Below are positions 1-9,577 of a stretch of 64,000 nucleotides of DNA, in pieces. Source of the DNA: an uncultured Spirochaetota bacterium (lineage in GTDB: Bacteria > Spirochaetota > Brevinematia > Brevinematales > JAOACQ01). Positions within the stretch are counted from its first letter, which is position 1, and every line of letters starts with the position of its first letter. The notes under the pieces were generated by a model. That model was not told the origin of the DNA, did not search any database, and saw nothing but the letters and a program-made list of their open reading frames with translations. Both the position numbers and the translations under genes were made by a program. The stretch spans positions 101,151 through 165,150 of the forward strand of contig CAWIGG010000006.1 in NCBI GenBank assembly GCA_963835575.1. Direction: 5' to 3'.

Positions 1-1
1 T

Positions 2-1402
2 TTGAGTTTTCTTACGTTTATGTTTCTCCTTGTCCTGGGCGGTTGTTCCCTGAAGTCCGGGGGCGGCGGGAACTCGGGCGGAACGGGTACACAGAATTCT
101 TCATCGAGCGTAGTTTCTCTGTCTTTTCCGGCCGGAACGGCCGGTGTTTCCACTAATATCGGAAGCCTGACAATTTCAATTCCCTCAGGCGCGCTGGACC
201 ACAACGAAACAATAACGGTCATTCCGTATTTTTATTCTTCAGAACTGGCGGCGGTCAGGGGGATCAGCCCGTTCCCTTCCGGAGTGCAGTTCCTGCCCGA
301 CGGCCTTTCCTTCCTGAAGCCGGTAACCATTGAGATACCGACCGAACTCCCCATGGCCACAAACTCGAATTACGGGATTTTTCTATTTAACAGCCTTTCC
401 AACCGGTGGGAACAGCAGACAAATTCAGGGTTCTGCTTTGATACCGAAATAGTCCGTTATCAGATAAGCCATTTCTGCACATACGGCGTTTCCCCATGGA
501 CCGGTGAAGGTCTCGGGACTTTCGGCCAGGTTCTTGAAACCTCCGGCGGGGATGCGGCCTATGCCGCGTTAAAGGCTTCCATTCTTCAGGGCGGAGCGAT
601 CTTCCAGATGAAAAAGAAAGTCGGCGGGGACACCTACCAGGTCTGCGGCGTCGGGTTTGACGTCCAGTACAGCTACAACGGCGACGAAGACCAGTATCTT
701 GAAACAGTGGGCGACACCTCTTCGACAACCACCTATCTGAACTACAGCGAGGACCGTATTGCTTCCGGAGGCCAGCTGGTCTATACCGCCCTGGTGACGC
801 TTTACTGGAAAAAAGTCGATCTGGAAAAATACAAGGTTGATATGACGTTTAGTGTTACCAGCTCGACTTTCGACCTGGGGGGCGGAGACAGCACCACGCT
901 TTCGGGATACAGCGCCTCATTGAGCTTTACCGTCACGGTCGACCCTTCGACAAACGGCGTGTTTGTCATCGGCATGGACCCGAACTATCCGGCGCTGGAA
1001 TACAGTCCTATGAATCAAAGCCTGGGAGGCTGGACGCTGTCGACGTCGGATTCCGATTTGTGGTTCCAGAACCTCCAGTGCCCTTCAACCCTGGACCTGG
1101 AGGATGGAATATTCGGGGAAATCACCACGGCCCCCGGAACCAGTTATTTTTTTATTTTTCCTGATGATAACATTGCCTCGGTGGAGATGTGGAGCGCTGA
1201 TGAGCATGGAAATCCGGTGTATGCCACGAGTCTTTACCTGTGGGCAATATTAAGGCAGTTTACCGACGAAACAATTGAAAACGACGGGTTCCCCATGGTT
1301 CTTTCCGACGGCTGGAGTTCAAGCGGGTCCGGCGTCATGTACGGGGATATGGGAAGTATTTTTAACGGCAGTTATACGATCAATGTCTCCAAAGTGCAGT
1401 AA
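2..1402 (+). CDS. putative lipoprotein of unknown function (5' end at or just beyond window edge)
   Basis: 466-aa ORF. The N-terminus ...FMFLLVLGGC has a lipobox followed by a Gly/Ser-rich linker. TAA stop. No family recognised. Confidence 0.5.
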   Translation: MSFLTFMFLLVLGGCSLKSGGGGNSGGTGTQNSSSSVVSLSFPAGTAGVSTNIGSLTISIPSGALDHNETITVIPYFYSSELAAVRGISPFPSGVQFLPDGLSFLKPVTIEIPTELPMATNSNYGIFLFNSLSNRWEQQTNSGFCFDTEIVRYQISHFCTYGVSPWTGEGLGTFGQVLETSGGDAAYAALKASILQGGAIFQMKKKVGGDTYQVCGVGFDVQYSYNGDEDQYLETVGDTSSTTTYLNYSEDRIASGGQLVYTALVTLYWKKVDLEKYKVDMTFSVTSSTFDLGGGDSTTLSGYSASLSFTVTVDPSTNGVFVIGMDPNYPALEYSPMNQSLGGWTLSTSDSDLWFQNLQCPSTLDLEDGIFGEITTAPGTSYFFIFPDDNIASVEMWSADEHGNPVYATSLYLWAILRQFTDETIENDGFPMVLSDGWSSSGSGVMYGDMGSIFNGSYTINVSKVQ

Positions 1403-1493
1403 AGCATCCGGAGAATGTGACATAAATTCAAGGCTTCATATCCTTCTGTCATTAAAACGGCTTGACCGGCCAATATTATAGCCTTTGCTTAAT

Positions 1494-1522
1494 TTGACAA
1501 TTTACTACAAGTGTAGTATATT
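1494..1522 (+). promoter_or_regulatory. sigma70-like promoter with embedded palindromic operator
   Basis: TTGACA (1494-1499), 17-nt spacer, TATATT (1517-1522). The spacer and -10 contain the palindrome TACTACaagtGTAGTA (1503-1518). A GAAGGAG SD and the ATG at 1547 follow. Confidence 0.55.
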
Positions 1523-1546
1523 TTATCCTATTTTGAAGGAGAAAAA

Positions 1547-2305
1547 ATGCATAGATATTTGAGGAAGGGGATTTTATTATTGATTCCATTATTGCTTGTT
1601 GTCTTCGGATTGTCATTCGGCGAAAGCCCCGGTACCGATCCTCTCTGGCAGAAAGCCGTTGAAATTGCCGGTAAAAACACAAACTGGATCCCCGGAAGTA
1701 TGGTTATAAAAAACTATGTGCTGGAAGACAATGGTAATGTCAAGAAAGCCGAGGAAATAACAATGAAAGTATACCTGGATGAGAGCAATCAGCTTAAATC
1801 GGATATGGTAAAATATCTGGAAAACGGTGTTGACGTGACGGAAAGAAAGAAAAATGATATTGAGCAGGCGCAGAGGAGAAATAGGAGTACCAATCAAGGT
1901 CAGGGGATGGTTGTGGGCTTTGATAATTTGATTCCTTTCATGCCGGGCGAACAGACAAATATCTCGCTCAGCAATACCGGCCGGAAAGTGACCTATGAAA
2001 ACAGGGAATTCATCATTTACGACTATAAAAGAATAATGATTAGAGGCGAAAGACAGATTGGCAGGGCCTGGCTCGATTCTGTAACAGGCATACCTCTGAA
2101 AATCGTTTATACCGTCGATCCGCTTCCGCAGTATGTATTCAGGATAACGAACGAGGTGGTGTTTCAGACCGGCAGAAAAGGCGGATGGTATCCCGAAAGA
2201 CTGACCGTGGACGGCTCCGGAGGATTCATTCTGTTTAAAATGAATATGAACAGCACGACATTCTTCTCAGATTTCTGGAACCAGGATAAAGTTAAGAAGA
2301 AATAA
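1547..2305 (+). CDS. secreted hypothetical protein
   Basis: 252-aa ORF with a signal peptide (MHRYLRKGILLLIPLLLVVFGLSFG) and an SD upstream. No family recognised with confidence. Confidence 0.55.
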   Translation: MHRYLRKGILLLIPLLLVVFGLSFGESPGTDPLWQKAVEIAGKNTNWIPGSMVIKNYVLEDNGNVKKAEEITMKVYLDESNQLKSDMVKYLENGVDVTERKKNDIEQAQRRNRSTNQGQGMVVGFDNLIPFMPGEQTNISLSNTGRKVTYENREFIIYDYKRIMIRGERQIGRAWLDSVTGIPLKIVYTVDPLPQYVFRITNEVVFQTGRKGGWYPERLTVDGSGGFILFKMNMNSTTFFSDFWNQDKVKKK

Positions 2306-2696
2306 TCAGGGCAAAAGTTAATAACCAAAGAGATGTGAATTTCACCAAGAAGAACGGACCAATTTTTCCTGGTGCCGCTTCAATATTGAATCTTCCGCTA
2401 AGCCGCGCGAAGTCACGCCAATAATTAAAAAGTATTCTTGAAAAATTAATAATTTCACACAGGGCCCACAGAGTTCGCGGAGCTATAATAAAGATTAACT
2501 TGAAAACTCTGTGTCCTCTGTGAACTCTGTATGAAAAACAAATACCAATCTATCCTTCTTTTACTAATAGTTGGAAATCCATTCCGCGCAGCAGATGTTG
2601 CTGTTGGAAAGATTGGTCCCGTACATTGCGATAATATTATCGTAAATCGCTTTTGCCGCGGCAGAAGAATTATGGTATGGGCACAGGCAGATCCCT

Positions 2697-4491
2697 TCAT
2701 CTTCCTTTACTATGATAATATGGACAGCCGTACGGCCCGACCAATAGATCGCCGATTACGGTCCCGGGGCTGACCTCCTGGCCGGCTGAAACTTTGATCG
2801 CGTTCAATTGATTTGTCAGGAACCCTATCGCCGCGCTTGGTTCGAAGACCAGGCTGACTGTATAGGAACTGTTAATATAAATATTCACTGAAACCATAAT
2901 CTGGTAAGGCGGAGTGGAAAGGCTGTTGGTATTGTAATTGATATATTGTATAGTCCCGTAAGTCGGCGATATGATAGCGCTTTTTGTCAGATTGGTTTTA
3001 ATTTTGAGGTCGATGCCGTTATGCGGCTTGCCCGGGCCGCTCCAGTCCGGGGTCGCGAACGCGGCCACGTAATCAATATCATCCGGGTGCGCGTAATGAA
3101 ATTCCAGCGGCATAAATGTGAATTCCTTAAAGCCGCCGGGAACATCTGGCAGATTGTTCGTGTCCCTGCCGAAGGCTAAAACGGTACCGTTTGTTACGCT
3201 GAAGTCGGAAGGCCTCGGTATGTCTCCCGGCTGGTTGACTTTATAGAGTAAAACGCCGTTTGACAGCTGGTAGATCCCCGGAAATGTTTTGCCGTTATAA
3301 TTTGTGTCGCTCGCGGATGTTATTGTAAAATTTATTATTTTCGGGACGGTGTTCGTGTTTAAGTTTATTATTCCCGCGAAGAGCATCGTATTCGCGTTAT
3401 TTCCCAATAGACAGTAATTTCCGGAAAGCGTCATATGCCAGGTTTTACCGTACCAAACGCCTTCCAGTTCTGTTTCAGACGCCGGCTTCATATTTCCCAT
3501 GCCGTTGCCATGGAATTGAGAGGCCGAGCTGGGGATTTCCGATTCGGCGGGAGTGTCGGTAATGATGTCGAAATATTCCCCTCCGGCGACCATGGCGTCA
3601 ACATCCCCTTGATAAAGAGAAGAAGTTGAATTACTGCCTGCGTCGCTCATGCCCTGTAATGTTGATACGTCCGCGTCCGACGGGAAATCGAAGTATTTTT
3701 CAGCAGGGACAGAGTTATTATCCTTGATTTTAAACAGGAAGGTATTGCCGCTTCCCTTTGATATGCCGCTGCCTGCAAACCATGCCCGGTAGGAAGCGGC
3801 GCCGCCGTTCCATTTGCCTGTCAGGAGTTTGGTGAACCGGTGAGTATTTGTGTTCCCCTCCAGGTGTGTTCTTTGGGAATAAGCTGAATTCGTATATTCC
3901 ACATAGCATACCAGGTCTATGTTTATATTGCCCGTTCCTTCATCAAAGTATCCCTGCATGATGCCGCGCTCCCTCTGGCTGGAGGAATATTCACGGTACC
4001 AGCTGAGAAGGCAGTAATCAACGGTCCCGTCTTTTTTACCAGCGAAATAGTTCGCCTGGTCAGCGCTTTCCCGGTTCAGGATTTTATTATAAGTATTATC
4101 GGTCCTTCAAAAATTATAAGGAGATGTGAGTTTGATGTCCCCTGCTGAAGTGCCGCCGGTCATACATTCGTTATAAAATGATCCGGCCTGATAGAGGAAT
4201 TTGTAGATGTTGTCCAGCCCGGTTTTGTTTGTGCCGCTGTCGGTACCGGGATCATAGTCTTTAAATGTATTGTATAGTTCAAAGATCGGTCCTCCCCAAT
4301 TCCAGTTTGCTCTCGACGCTTTTGATGAGCCTTCTTGAAAATCAGGAGCGGCGTTTTTAGCGGCCTCAAAAAAAATATTTTTCTGCGTATTATTATTGCC
4401 GCTGGTGCCGGTATTATTGATATTGTTTTATGCATCCTGTAAAACAAAATGTAATTAACGCCGGAATAATCAGAGAAAGGGATTTTTTCAT
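2697..4491 (-). pseudogene. disrupted lipoprotein gene with C-terminal M23-like segment (1 frameshift + 1 in-frame TGA)
   Basis: The ATG at 4491 encodes MKKSLSLIIPALITFCFTGC (lipobox) but hits TAA after 25 codons. The body frame (NNINNTGTSGNNNTQKNIFFEAAKNAAPDFQEG...) is offset by 1 nt, with the shift near the A/T runs at 4426-4434. It carries an in-frame TGA at 4107-4109 and continues into the 420-aa ORF 2697-3959 (HNGID...AGQEVSPGTVIG). The span is 1795 nt, which is 3n+1. Confidence 0.6.
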
Positions 4492-4676
4492 ATTCAGCCC
4501 CTCTATTAAATTGTATATCAGATAAATTACACAGACGTATGATGGAAGAGTAATTTATAGACATTTTATTATATAATAATAATCCCGGCGAAACAATAAA
4601 AAAACAGGAATGTTTAAAAACAATTTTAAATCAAATTTCCATTTTATTTACTTTCCTTTATGACTTTATTAAAATT

Positions 4677-6596
4677 ATGCCTGAAAGATGGGGTTTTATT
4701 ATGCGGTTGAAACATATTAATAAACACGTCCGGTTTTTTCATCTGATTATTTTATGCTTTTTTTTAACGGGATTATCTTTCGGCGATGCCTGGAAGCTGG
4801 TCTGGAGCGATGAATTCAACAGCAATCAGATCGACAGGACAAAATGGAATTTCGCGCTCGGGGGCATCGGCTTCGGAAATAATGAGCTGGAGTATTATAC
4901 CGACAGGCCGCAGAACGCCTCTGTGGAAAACGGCAGTCTGATCATAAAAGCCGTAAAAGAACCCTATATGAGCTGTTCTTATACTTCGGCAAAAATGACG
5001 ACGCAGAGGAAAGCATTCTGGACATACGGCCGGTTTGAGATAAGAGCGAAGCTTCCCTCGGGCAAAGGCATCTGGCCGGCATTCTGGCTGATGCCGGAGG
5101 ATTGGGAAAGCCCGAATAGCGAATACGGCGGATGGCCTTCATGCGGCGAGGCTGACATTATGGAGCTGATCGGAAGCGATCCTTCGACTGTATTCGGGAC
5201 CCTTCATTATGGGGTTCCCTGGACTCACACGGGAGGTTCAAACACATTGCCCGCCGGGATGAGCTTTTCCGATGATTATCATATCTTCGCCCTGGAATGG
5301 GAACCGGGAGAATTCCGCTGGTATGTTGACGGCAGGCTTTACCTGACGCAGAACAGCTGGTTCGGCAGGAGGGAGACGGAAGCTTATGAATACACATACC
5401 CGGCCCCTTTTGACCGGGATTTCTTCCTTCAGCTTAACCTGGCCGTCGGCGGGAACTGGCCGGGCAGTCCCGGCAGTAATACGCGGTTTCCTCAAACATT
5501 AGCAATTGATTATGTCCGTGTGTACCGGAAGGACAATTACCCGCCGCTGAAGGAAAGGAAGGCGCCGGTTATCACTGAAAGCGTTGTACCGCTGAGGCCG
5601 GCGCTGCCTGATGGAAATCTTATCTATAACGGGAATTTCGATGAGACAAACATAAAAGAATACCCTCTTTACAGTGTTGTCGAGGATTCCATGATTTCGG
5701 ACACAGCGGCAAACGGTTACTGGCAGTTCCTGACCGGCTTCGCGGGCGAGGGGACTTTTTCGATTAATAAAGGCGAATTCAGGGCCGGCATAAAACTGCC
5801 GGGCAGGGAAAGCTATTCCATCCAGCTTGTCCAGATCCCCATCCTGCTTGAGAAGGAAGCGGCATATAAGCTGTCCTTTGACGCCCGGGGGGAAAAACCG
5901 CGTACGATCATGGTCAAGCTGACGGAAATCGGCGGTTCCTGGACGGCTTATTCAGGCCTGAAATTTTTCAACCTGACAACTAAAATGGAAAATTACAGCT
6001 TTGTCTTTACCATGAAAGGGGAAACGGATAAAAGGGCGCGCCTGGAATTCAATATGGGCCTGGACCTGTCATCCGTTTATCTTGATAATATCAGTTTTAC
6101 AAAGATAAACAGCGCGAAGCTGGAAAAAACGCCTTTACCGGACGGCAATTATATTTACAACGGCACGTTTGACCAGGGATCAAACAGGATGGTTGAGTGG
6201 CATTTGACGGCAGACGGCGGAGCTTCAGCAGAAGCTTCTGTTGGAAGTGAAATTCAGGAACGGAACGCAAAAATCACGATAAAAGATCCGGGGAAGGAAG
6301 CATCTTCCATAATGTTCTATCAGGAAGGACTGAGAATTGAAAAGGGAAAATCGTATATCGTCCGGTTTTCCGCGAGGTCTTCAGAGAAGAGGAGCATCCA
6401 GGCCGGGTTAACCGGGAGCGGCAATGATCCGCGGTCTTATTACAATCAGACGGTAATTCTTTCGCCCGATATGGAAATATACGCGCTTGAATTTAAAATG
6501 AAACAGGAGACCGATAAAAACGCGCGGCTGGTTTTCCGGCTGGGAAAAGAAAACCCGCAGGTTATTATTGACGATGTCAGTATGTTTGTAAAATAG
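4677..6596 (+). CDS. glycoside hydrolase family 16 (laminarinase/beta-glucanase type) with two C-terminal CBM4/9-like modules
   Basis: Shows WKLVWSDEFN, NNELEYYT, YGRFEIRAKLP and GIWPAFWLMP, plus the catalytic E-x-D-x-x-E as GEADIME. There are two repeats starting DGN(L/Y)IYNG(N/T)FD. It has a signal/TM N-terminus, and the start could be the second ATG (4701). Confidence 0.9.
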   Translation: MPERWGFIMRLKHINKHVRFFHLIILCFFLTGLSFGDAWKLVWSDEFNSNQIDRTKWNFALGGIGFGNNELEYYTDRPQNASVENGSLIIKAVKEPYMSCSYTSAKMTTQRKAFWTYGRFEIRAKLPSGKGIWPAFWLMPEDWESPNSEYGGWPSCGEADIMELIGSDPSTVFGTLHYGVPWTHTGGSNTLPAGMSFSDDYHIFALEWEPGEFRWYVDGRLYLTQNSWFGRRETEAYEYTYPAPFDRDFFLQLNLAVGGNWPGSPGSNTRFPQTLAIDYVRVYRKDNYPPLKERKAPVITESVVPLRPALPDGNLIYNGNFDETNIKEYPLYSVVEDSMISDTAANGYWQFLTGFAGEGTFSINKGEFRAGIKLPGRESYSIQLVQIPILLEKEAAYKLSFDARGEKPRTIMVKLTEIGGSWTAYSGLKFFNLTTKMENYSFVFTMKGETDKRARLEFNMGLDLSSVYLDNISFTKINSAKLEKTPLPDGNYIYNGTFDQGSNRMVEWHLTADGGASAEASVGSEIQERNAKITIKDPGKEASSIMFYQEGLRIEKGKSYIVRFSARSSEKRSIQAGLTGSGNDPRSYYNQTVILSPDMEIYALEFKMKQETDKNARLVFRLGKENPQVIIDDVSMFVK

Positions 6597-6652
6597 TTTT
6601 TTTATTAGAAATAACTAATCATAGAGTATAATTCTTAAGTAATATGTGTTGT

Positions 6653-7204
6653 AACCACAGATTACACAGATGTCACAGATGATAATTTTGAAAGTATCAG
6701 TGTAATTATGCTATAATTGTGAATATGAAAAAAGAAGAAAGTAAAGATCGTCGGGCTTATGGGATTATTGGTGCGGCTATTGAGGCACACAAAGAATTAG
6801 GATCAGGATATCTGGAAGCAGTATATTAGGAAAGCCTTGAATTAGAATTTAAACTCAGAAAAATCCCTTATATATCTCACCCCATTCTTAAGGTTTTTTA
6901 TAAAGATATTGAACTGAAAAAATATTATGTGCCTGATTTTATCGTATATAATGAAGTGATTCTGGAAATTAAAGCGGAAAGATGTTTGACGAGAGTAGAT
7001 GAGGCGCAAATAATAAACAGTTTAAAGAATTCGGGAATGAAAGTAGGTTTGCCGATTAATTTTGGTGAAAGCTCATTAAAATTCAAACGTTTTGTTTACT
7101 GAAACATATTTCATATTTCGTTTATTGTTAATAGAATGAATTCGAATTGAGATTTAATATTGATACCACAGAAATAATCTGTGAAATCAGTGAAATCTGT
7201 GGTT
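6653..7204. repeat. inverted-repeat-bracketed cassette carrying a GxxExxY ORF (CACAGAT-word arms)
   Basis: The left arm is AACCACAGATTACACAGATGTCACAGATG (6653-6681). The right arm at 7176-7204 reverse-complements to AACCACAGATTTCACTGATTTCACAGATT, matching at about 25/29 positions. Confidence 0.7.
6725..7102 (+). pseudogene. GxxExxY protein (PD-(D/E)XK-like) with in-frame TAG
   Basis: The translation MKKEESKDRRAYGIIGAAIEAHKELGSGYLEAVY*ESLELEFKL...PDFIVYNEVILEIKA... is collinear with the intact paralog at 11561-11962. The TAG at 6827-6829 sits where the paralog has CAG (EAVYQEAL). This gene is absent from the ORF track. Confidence 0.8.
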
Positions 7205-7294
7205 TCAGCCAAAAAAATTAAAAACTGAAAAAGTATACTATATAAGGATATAATTCTATATCTTTTTCTGCCGATTCTATAACAGGAGTAGAAA

Positions 7295-9097
7295 ATGGCA
7301 AACGGTCAGGAAAACGGGATACTGGAAGCCTCGCAGGAATATTCCAGGATGGCTGAGCTTCTCAAGGCGGAACGGGAGCCGGAAGCGGCCGCAATGGTCA
7401 AGCAGATCCTGGAATCCGGCGACAGCCTGCAGGACAAGATCCGCAAGATCGAGCTTATTGACGCGCAGGAAATCGGCAAAGTCATCGATGAAGCCCCTCT
7501 CAGTAAAGAGGAGGTTCAGGAGATCATCCGGAATAAGCATGTTTCCACCGATGAGGTTGCCCAGAAGAACAGTGAAAAGATCAAGATAAAGCAGATGAGG
7601 AACCCATTTTTCTTCTATTTCTTCAAGGATTATAAGAAGATCCGTGAATTCGGGAAATATTCGGGATTTATCCGTTTCGGATTGAATATCTCGGGGATCA
7701 AATTTAATTATAATCCCGTAAAATCCCTTTTTGCCGGATTGAAGAAGGACGCCGGCGAACTGATCAATGTTTTGAACTTTGTGCTGGACAAGGGCTGGAT
7801 GGATCTGGACAAGCTTGATTACAACCTGATCATCGTATTCAAACGCCTCTGCGAAGCCTTAACCGCGGTAAAAGCGCCGAAGTCTTCCTATTCATTGAAG
7901 CAGATGCTGGAGAATTATAAAGAGATTGAAACGTATTTTTTAACCTGTCAATACCAGGTTGAATATCCCGATATCATCCGTTCCAGCATTATCCAGGTTC
8001 TGGAAAAACAGCACAGGCCGGCCGGACTAGTCGAGCTGGCGGAAATTCAGGTGCGGCGGATTTTGTTTCAGGACGATGCGCCCTGCCTTTATAATTGTAT
8101 CCTTGCCCTGAATATGAGCGAATACCGGCGTTTTATAAAAATAGGCGATATGATCCGAAACCAGCAGGGCGGCGTTATCAATACGTTTTCTTTTGACTGC
8201 ACGGCCCTTATTCAGCAGAAGATCAACGTTTATATTAATGATAAAACAAAGGCCTGGCAGAACCTTCTCCAGGAAAAGGCCGAGATCGGCAAAATCCAGT
8301 ATTTTCTCAAGCATTTCATCCGGCAGGATTCCTCGGGCTACAGAAGCTACAGCTTCACCCTGCTGACGGATTTTTATGATTTTTCCTTCTATGAAGTAAA
8401 AGAAGAGAGCTTTAGTTATGATAAGAACAATACCGCCAGGCTTGCCCTGAAATTTTTCGGCAAGTTTATGAGCGAGTTTGAGAATTTCTTTATTGACAGG
8501 ATCGATATAGAGGGTTACGGGCCCGTCAGGGTTTTCAGCAGGGAGGTTTTCCAGCTGGAGATCGACAAGCTGAAGCGCGGGCTCGGCAAATTTTCGGACG
8601 CGAGCTATACATATCCCATCATTTCGAGGCGCGAGTTTTTTGAGCAGAAGACCTCCAAGAAGGAAGTCATGCCGCCGCCGCCGGTGCTCACTTTGATACA
8701 GACAGCGGATTCCCTTTCCGATATACTGGTCGGCATCGGCACCAAGCTGGGAAATATCCATATCAACCAGAAAAAAGGCCCTTCCGCCAACGGTTCTCAG
8801 AGCAGTCTCGCCCCTCTCGAGATTTCCGTAACACGGTCGCATAATGTCAGTATTCCCTACTGGTCCAACAGGATCCTCAGCGCGGGATTTTTAAAAGACA
8901 AGTTTTTTTCCGACGCCGTGGCTACAATAGCCAGCTTATGCTTCCTCTCCGCCATATACTTTTATAATATGCGTCTCTATTCCATTCTGGAAAAAGAAAT
9001 GAAGATAAGCAATATGATCGCTGAAACGCGAAAAAGCCTCGAGAGGCTGGCCGATGTGGTGACGTTTGAAAAAATCAGGAAAACGCAGTCGATTTAA
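7295..9097 (+). CDS. hypothetical protein (600 aa)
   Basis: Long ORF with an AGGAG-like SD (ACAGGAGTAG) 5 nt upstream. The N-terminus is acidic and coiled-coil-like. No domain recognised. Confidence 0.6.
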   Translation: MANGQENGILEASQEYSRMAELLKAEREPEAAAMVKQILESGDSLQDKIRKIELIDAQEIGKVIDEAPLSKEEVQEIIRNKHVSTDEVAQKNSEKIKIKQMRNPFFFYFFKDYKKIREFGKYSGFIRFGLNISGIKFNYNPVKSLFAGLKKDAGELINVLNFVLDKGWMDLDKLDYNLIIVFKRLCEALTAVKAPKSSYSLKQMLENYKEIETYFLTCQYQVEYPDIIRSSIIQVLEKQHRPAGLVELAEIQVRRILFQDDAPCLYNCILALNMSEYRRFIKIGDMIRNQQGGVINTFSFDCTALIQQKINVYINDKTKAWQNLLQEKAEIGKIQYFLKHFIRQDSSGYRSYSFTLLTDFYDFSFYEVKEESFSYDKNNTARLALKFFGKFMSEFENFFIDRIDIEGYGPVRVFSREVFQLEIDKLKRGLGKFSDASYTYPIISRREFFEQKTSKKEVMPPPPVLTLIQTADSLSDILVGIGTKLGNIHINQKKGPSANGSQSSLAPLEISVTRSHNVSIPYWSNRILSAGFLKDKFFSDAVATIASLCFLSAIYFYNMRLYSILEKEMKISNMIAETRKSLERLADVVTFEKIRKTQSI

Positions 9098-9256
9098 TTG
9101 ATCATATTAAAATGAAGTTTCTGCGGACGCGGAATAATTTAAAACAGAACTTTCTTATATTCAGGCCCGTTTTATAATATCTTCTTTCCTGCGGCAGGAC
9201 AAATCATCCTTTTCTTGTATTGCGTGAATCATTTATTCTATACCTGATTGGTGCCC

Positions 9257-9306
9257 GATAATAAAAACAGGCGGCTCAACGGGAGGGTATCCGTCCGGCC
9301 GCCTGT
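9257..9306 (-). terminator. rho-independent terminator (minus strand)
   Basis: The minus strand reads ACAGGCGGC-CGGACGGATACCCTCCCGTTGA-GCCGCCTGT followed by TTTTTATTAT, a 9-bp GC-rich stem with a U-tract. There is no U-tract on the plus strand. Confidence 0.6.
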
Positions 9307-9577
9307 CTATAGAGAGGTACTTTCTGATGAAGAGAATCGCGGTTTTCTAATTATTAATTAATGGAGATTAATTGTATGAAGACGAGGGGGTTGTCCCTGT
9401 AAAGCCGTAATGGAATCCCGCCGGCGCATCGGTTCTGCTTCGCGGCGGGCTAAGTATAGGCTTTTGCCGCCGGCGGGTATCTATATAAAATTTTGGGGCA
9501 ACCCCATGAGACCCTGAAAAAAACCTCCTTTGTTTATTTGTTTTATAGGAAAGATTTTCAAATACTACATTCGTAGT
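9262..9577 (-). ncRNA. candidate ~0.3-kb structured non-coding RNA (unclassified)
   Basis: It is bounded by a near-consensus minus-strand promoter (see 9557-9612) and the terminator at 9257-9306. No ORF of 60 aa or more is present. Long-range helices are GGGGTTGCCCC/GGGACAACCCC and CCCGCCGGCG/CGCCGGCGGG, with alternative pairings. The strand assignment is uncertain, because one helix has a U.G pair on the plus strand versus a C.A mismatch on the minus strand. Confidence 0.3.

Noticed and set aside
4160-4564. 134-aa minus-strand ORF from the track
   Set aside because: It is in the wrong frame. The adjacent frame encodes a lipoprotein signal plus a plausible N/T/G-rich mature sequence that continues into ORF 2697-3959.
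4107-6829. In-frame TGA (4107-4109) and TAG (6827-6829) as evidence for stop-codon reassignment (code 4/25-like or amber suppression)
   Set aside because: TGA terminates nth and the SH3b paralog at conserved C-termini, and TAG terminates GH16, DUF2207 and both IS transposases. The long conserved genes (carB, hldE) need no recoding. Point lesions are the simpler explanation.
8027-8842. 271-aa minus-strand ORF inside the gene at 7295-9097, and the 220-aa plus-strand ORF at 39538-40200 inside the SH3b lipoprotein gene
   Set aside because: Both are long antisense shadow ORFs with Arg/Leu/Gly-rich composition. The opposite-strand ORFs have SDs, signal peptides or longer uninterrupted frames.
9262-9577. 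Identification of the structured region as tmRNA, RNase P RNA, SRP RNA or 6S RNA
   Set aside because: None of the conserved hallmarks I can recall are present. These would be the tmRNA GGGG...CCACCA ends with a tag ORF, the RNase P GGAAAGUCCGG box, the SRP GGAA tetraloop with AGCA loops, and end-to-end 6S pairing.
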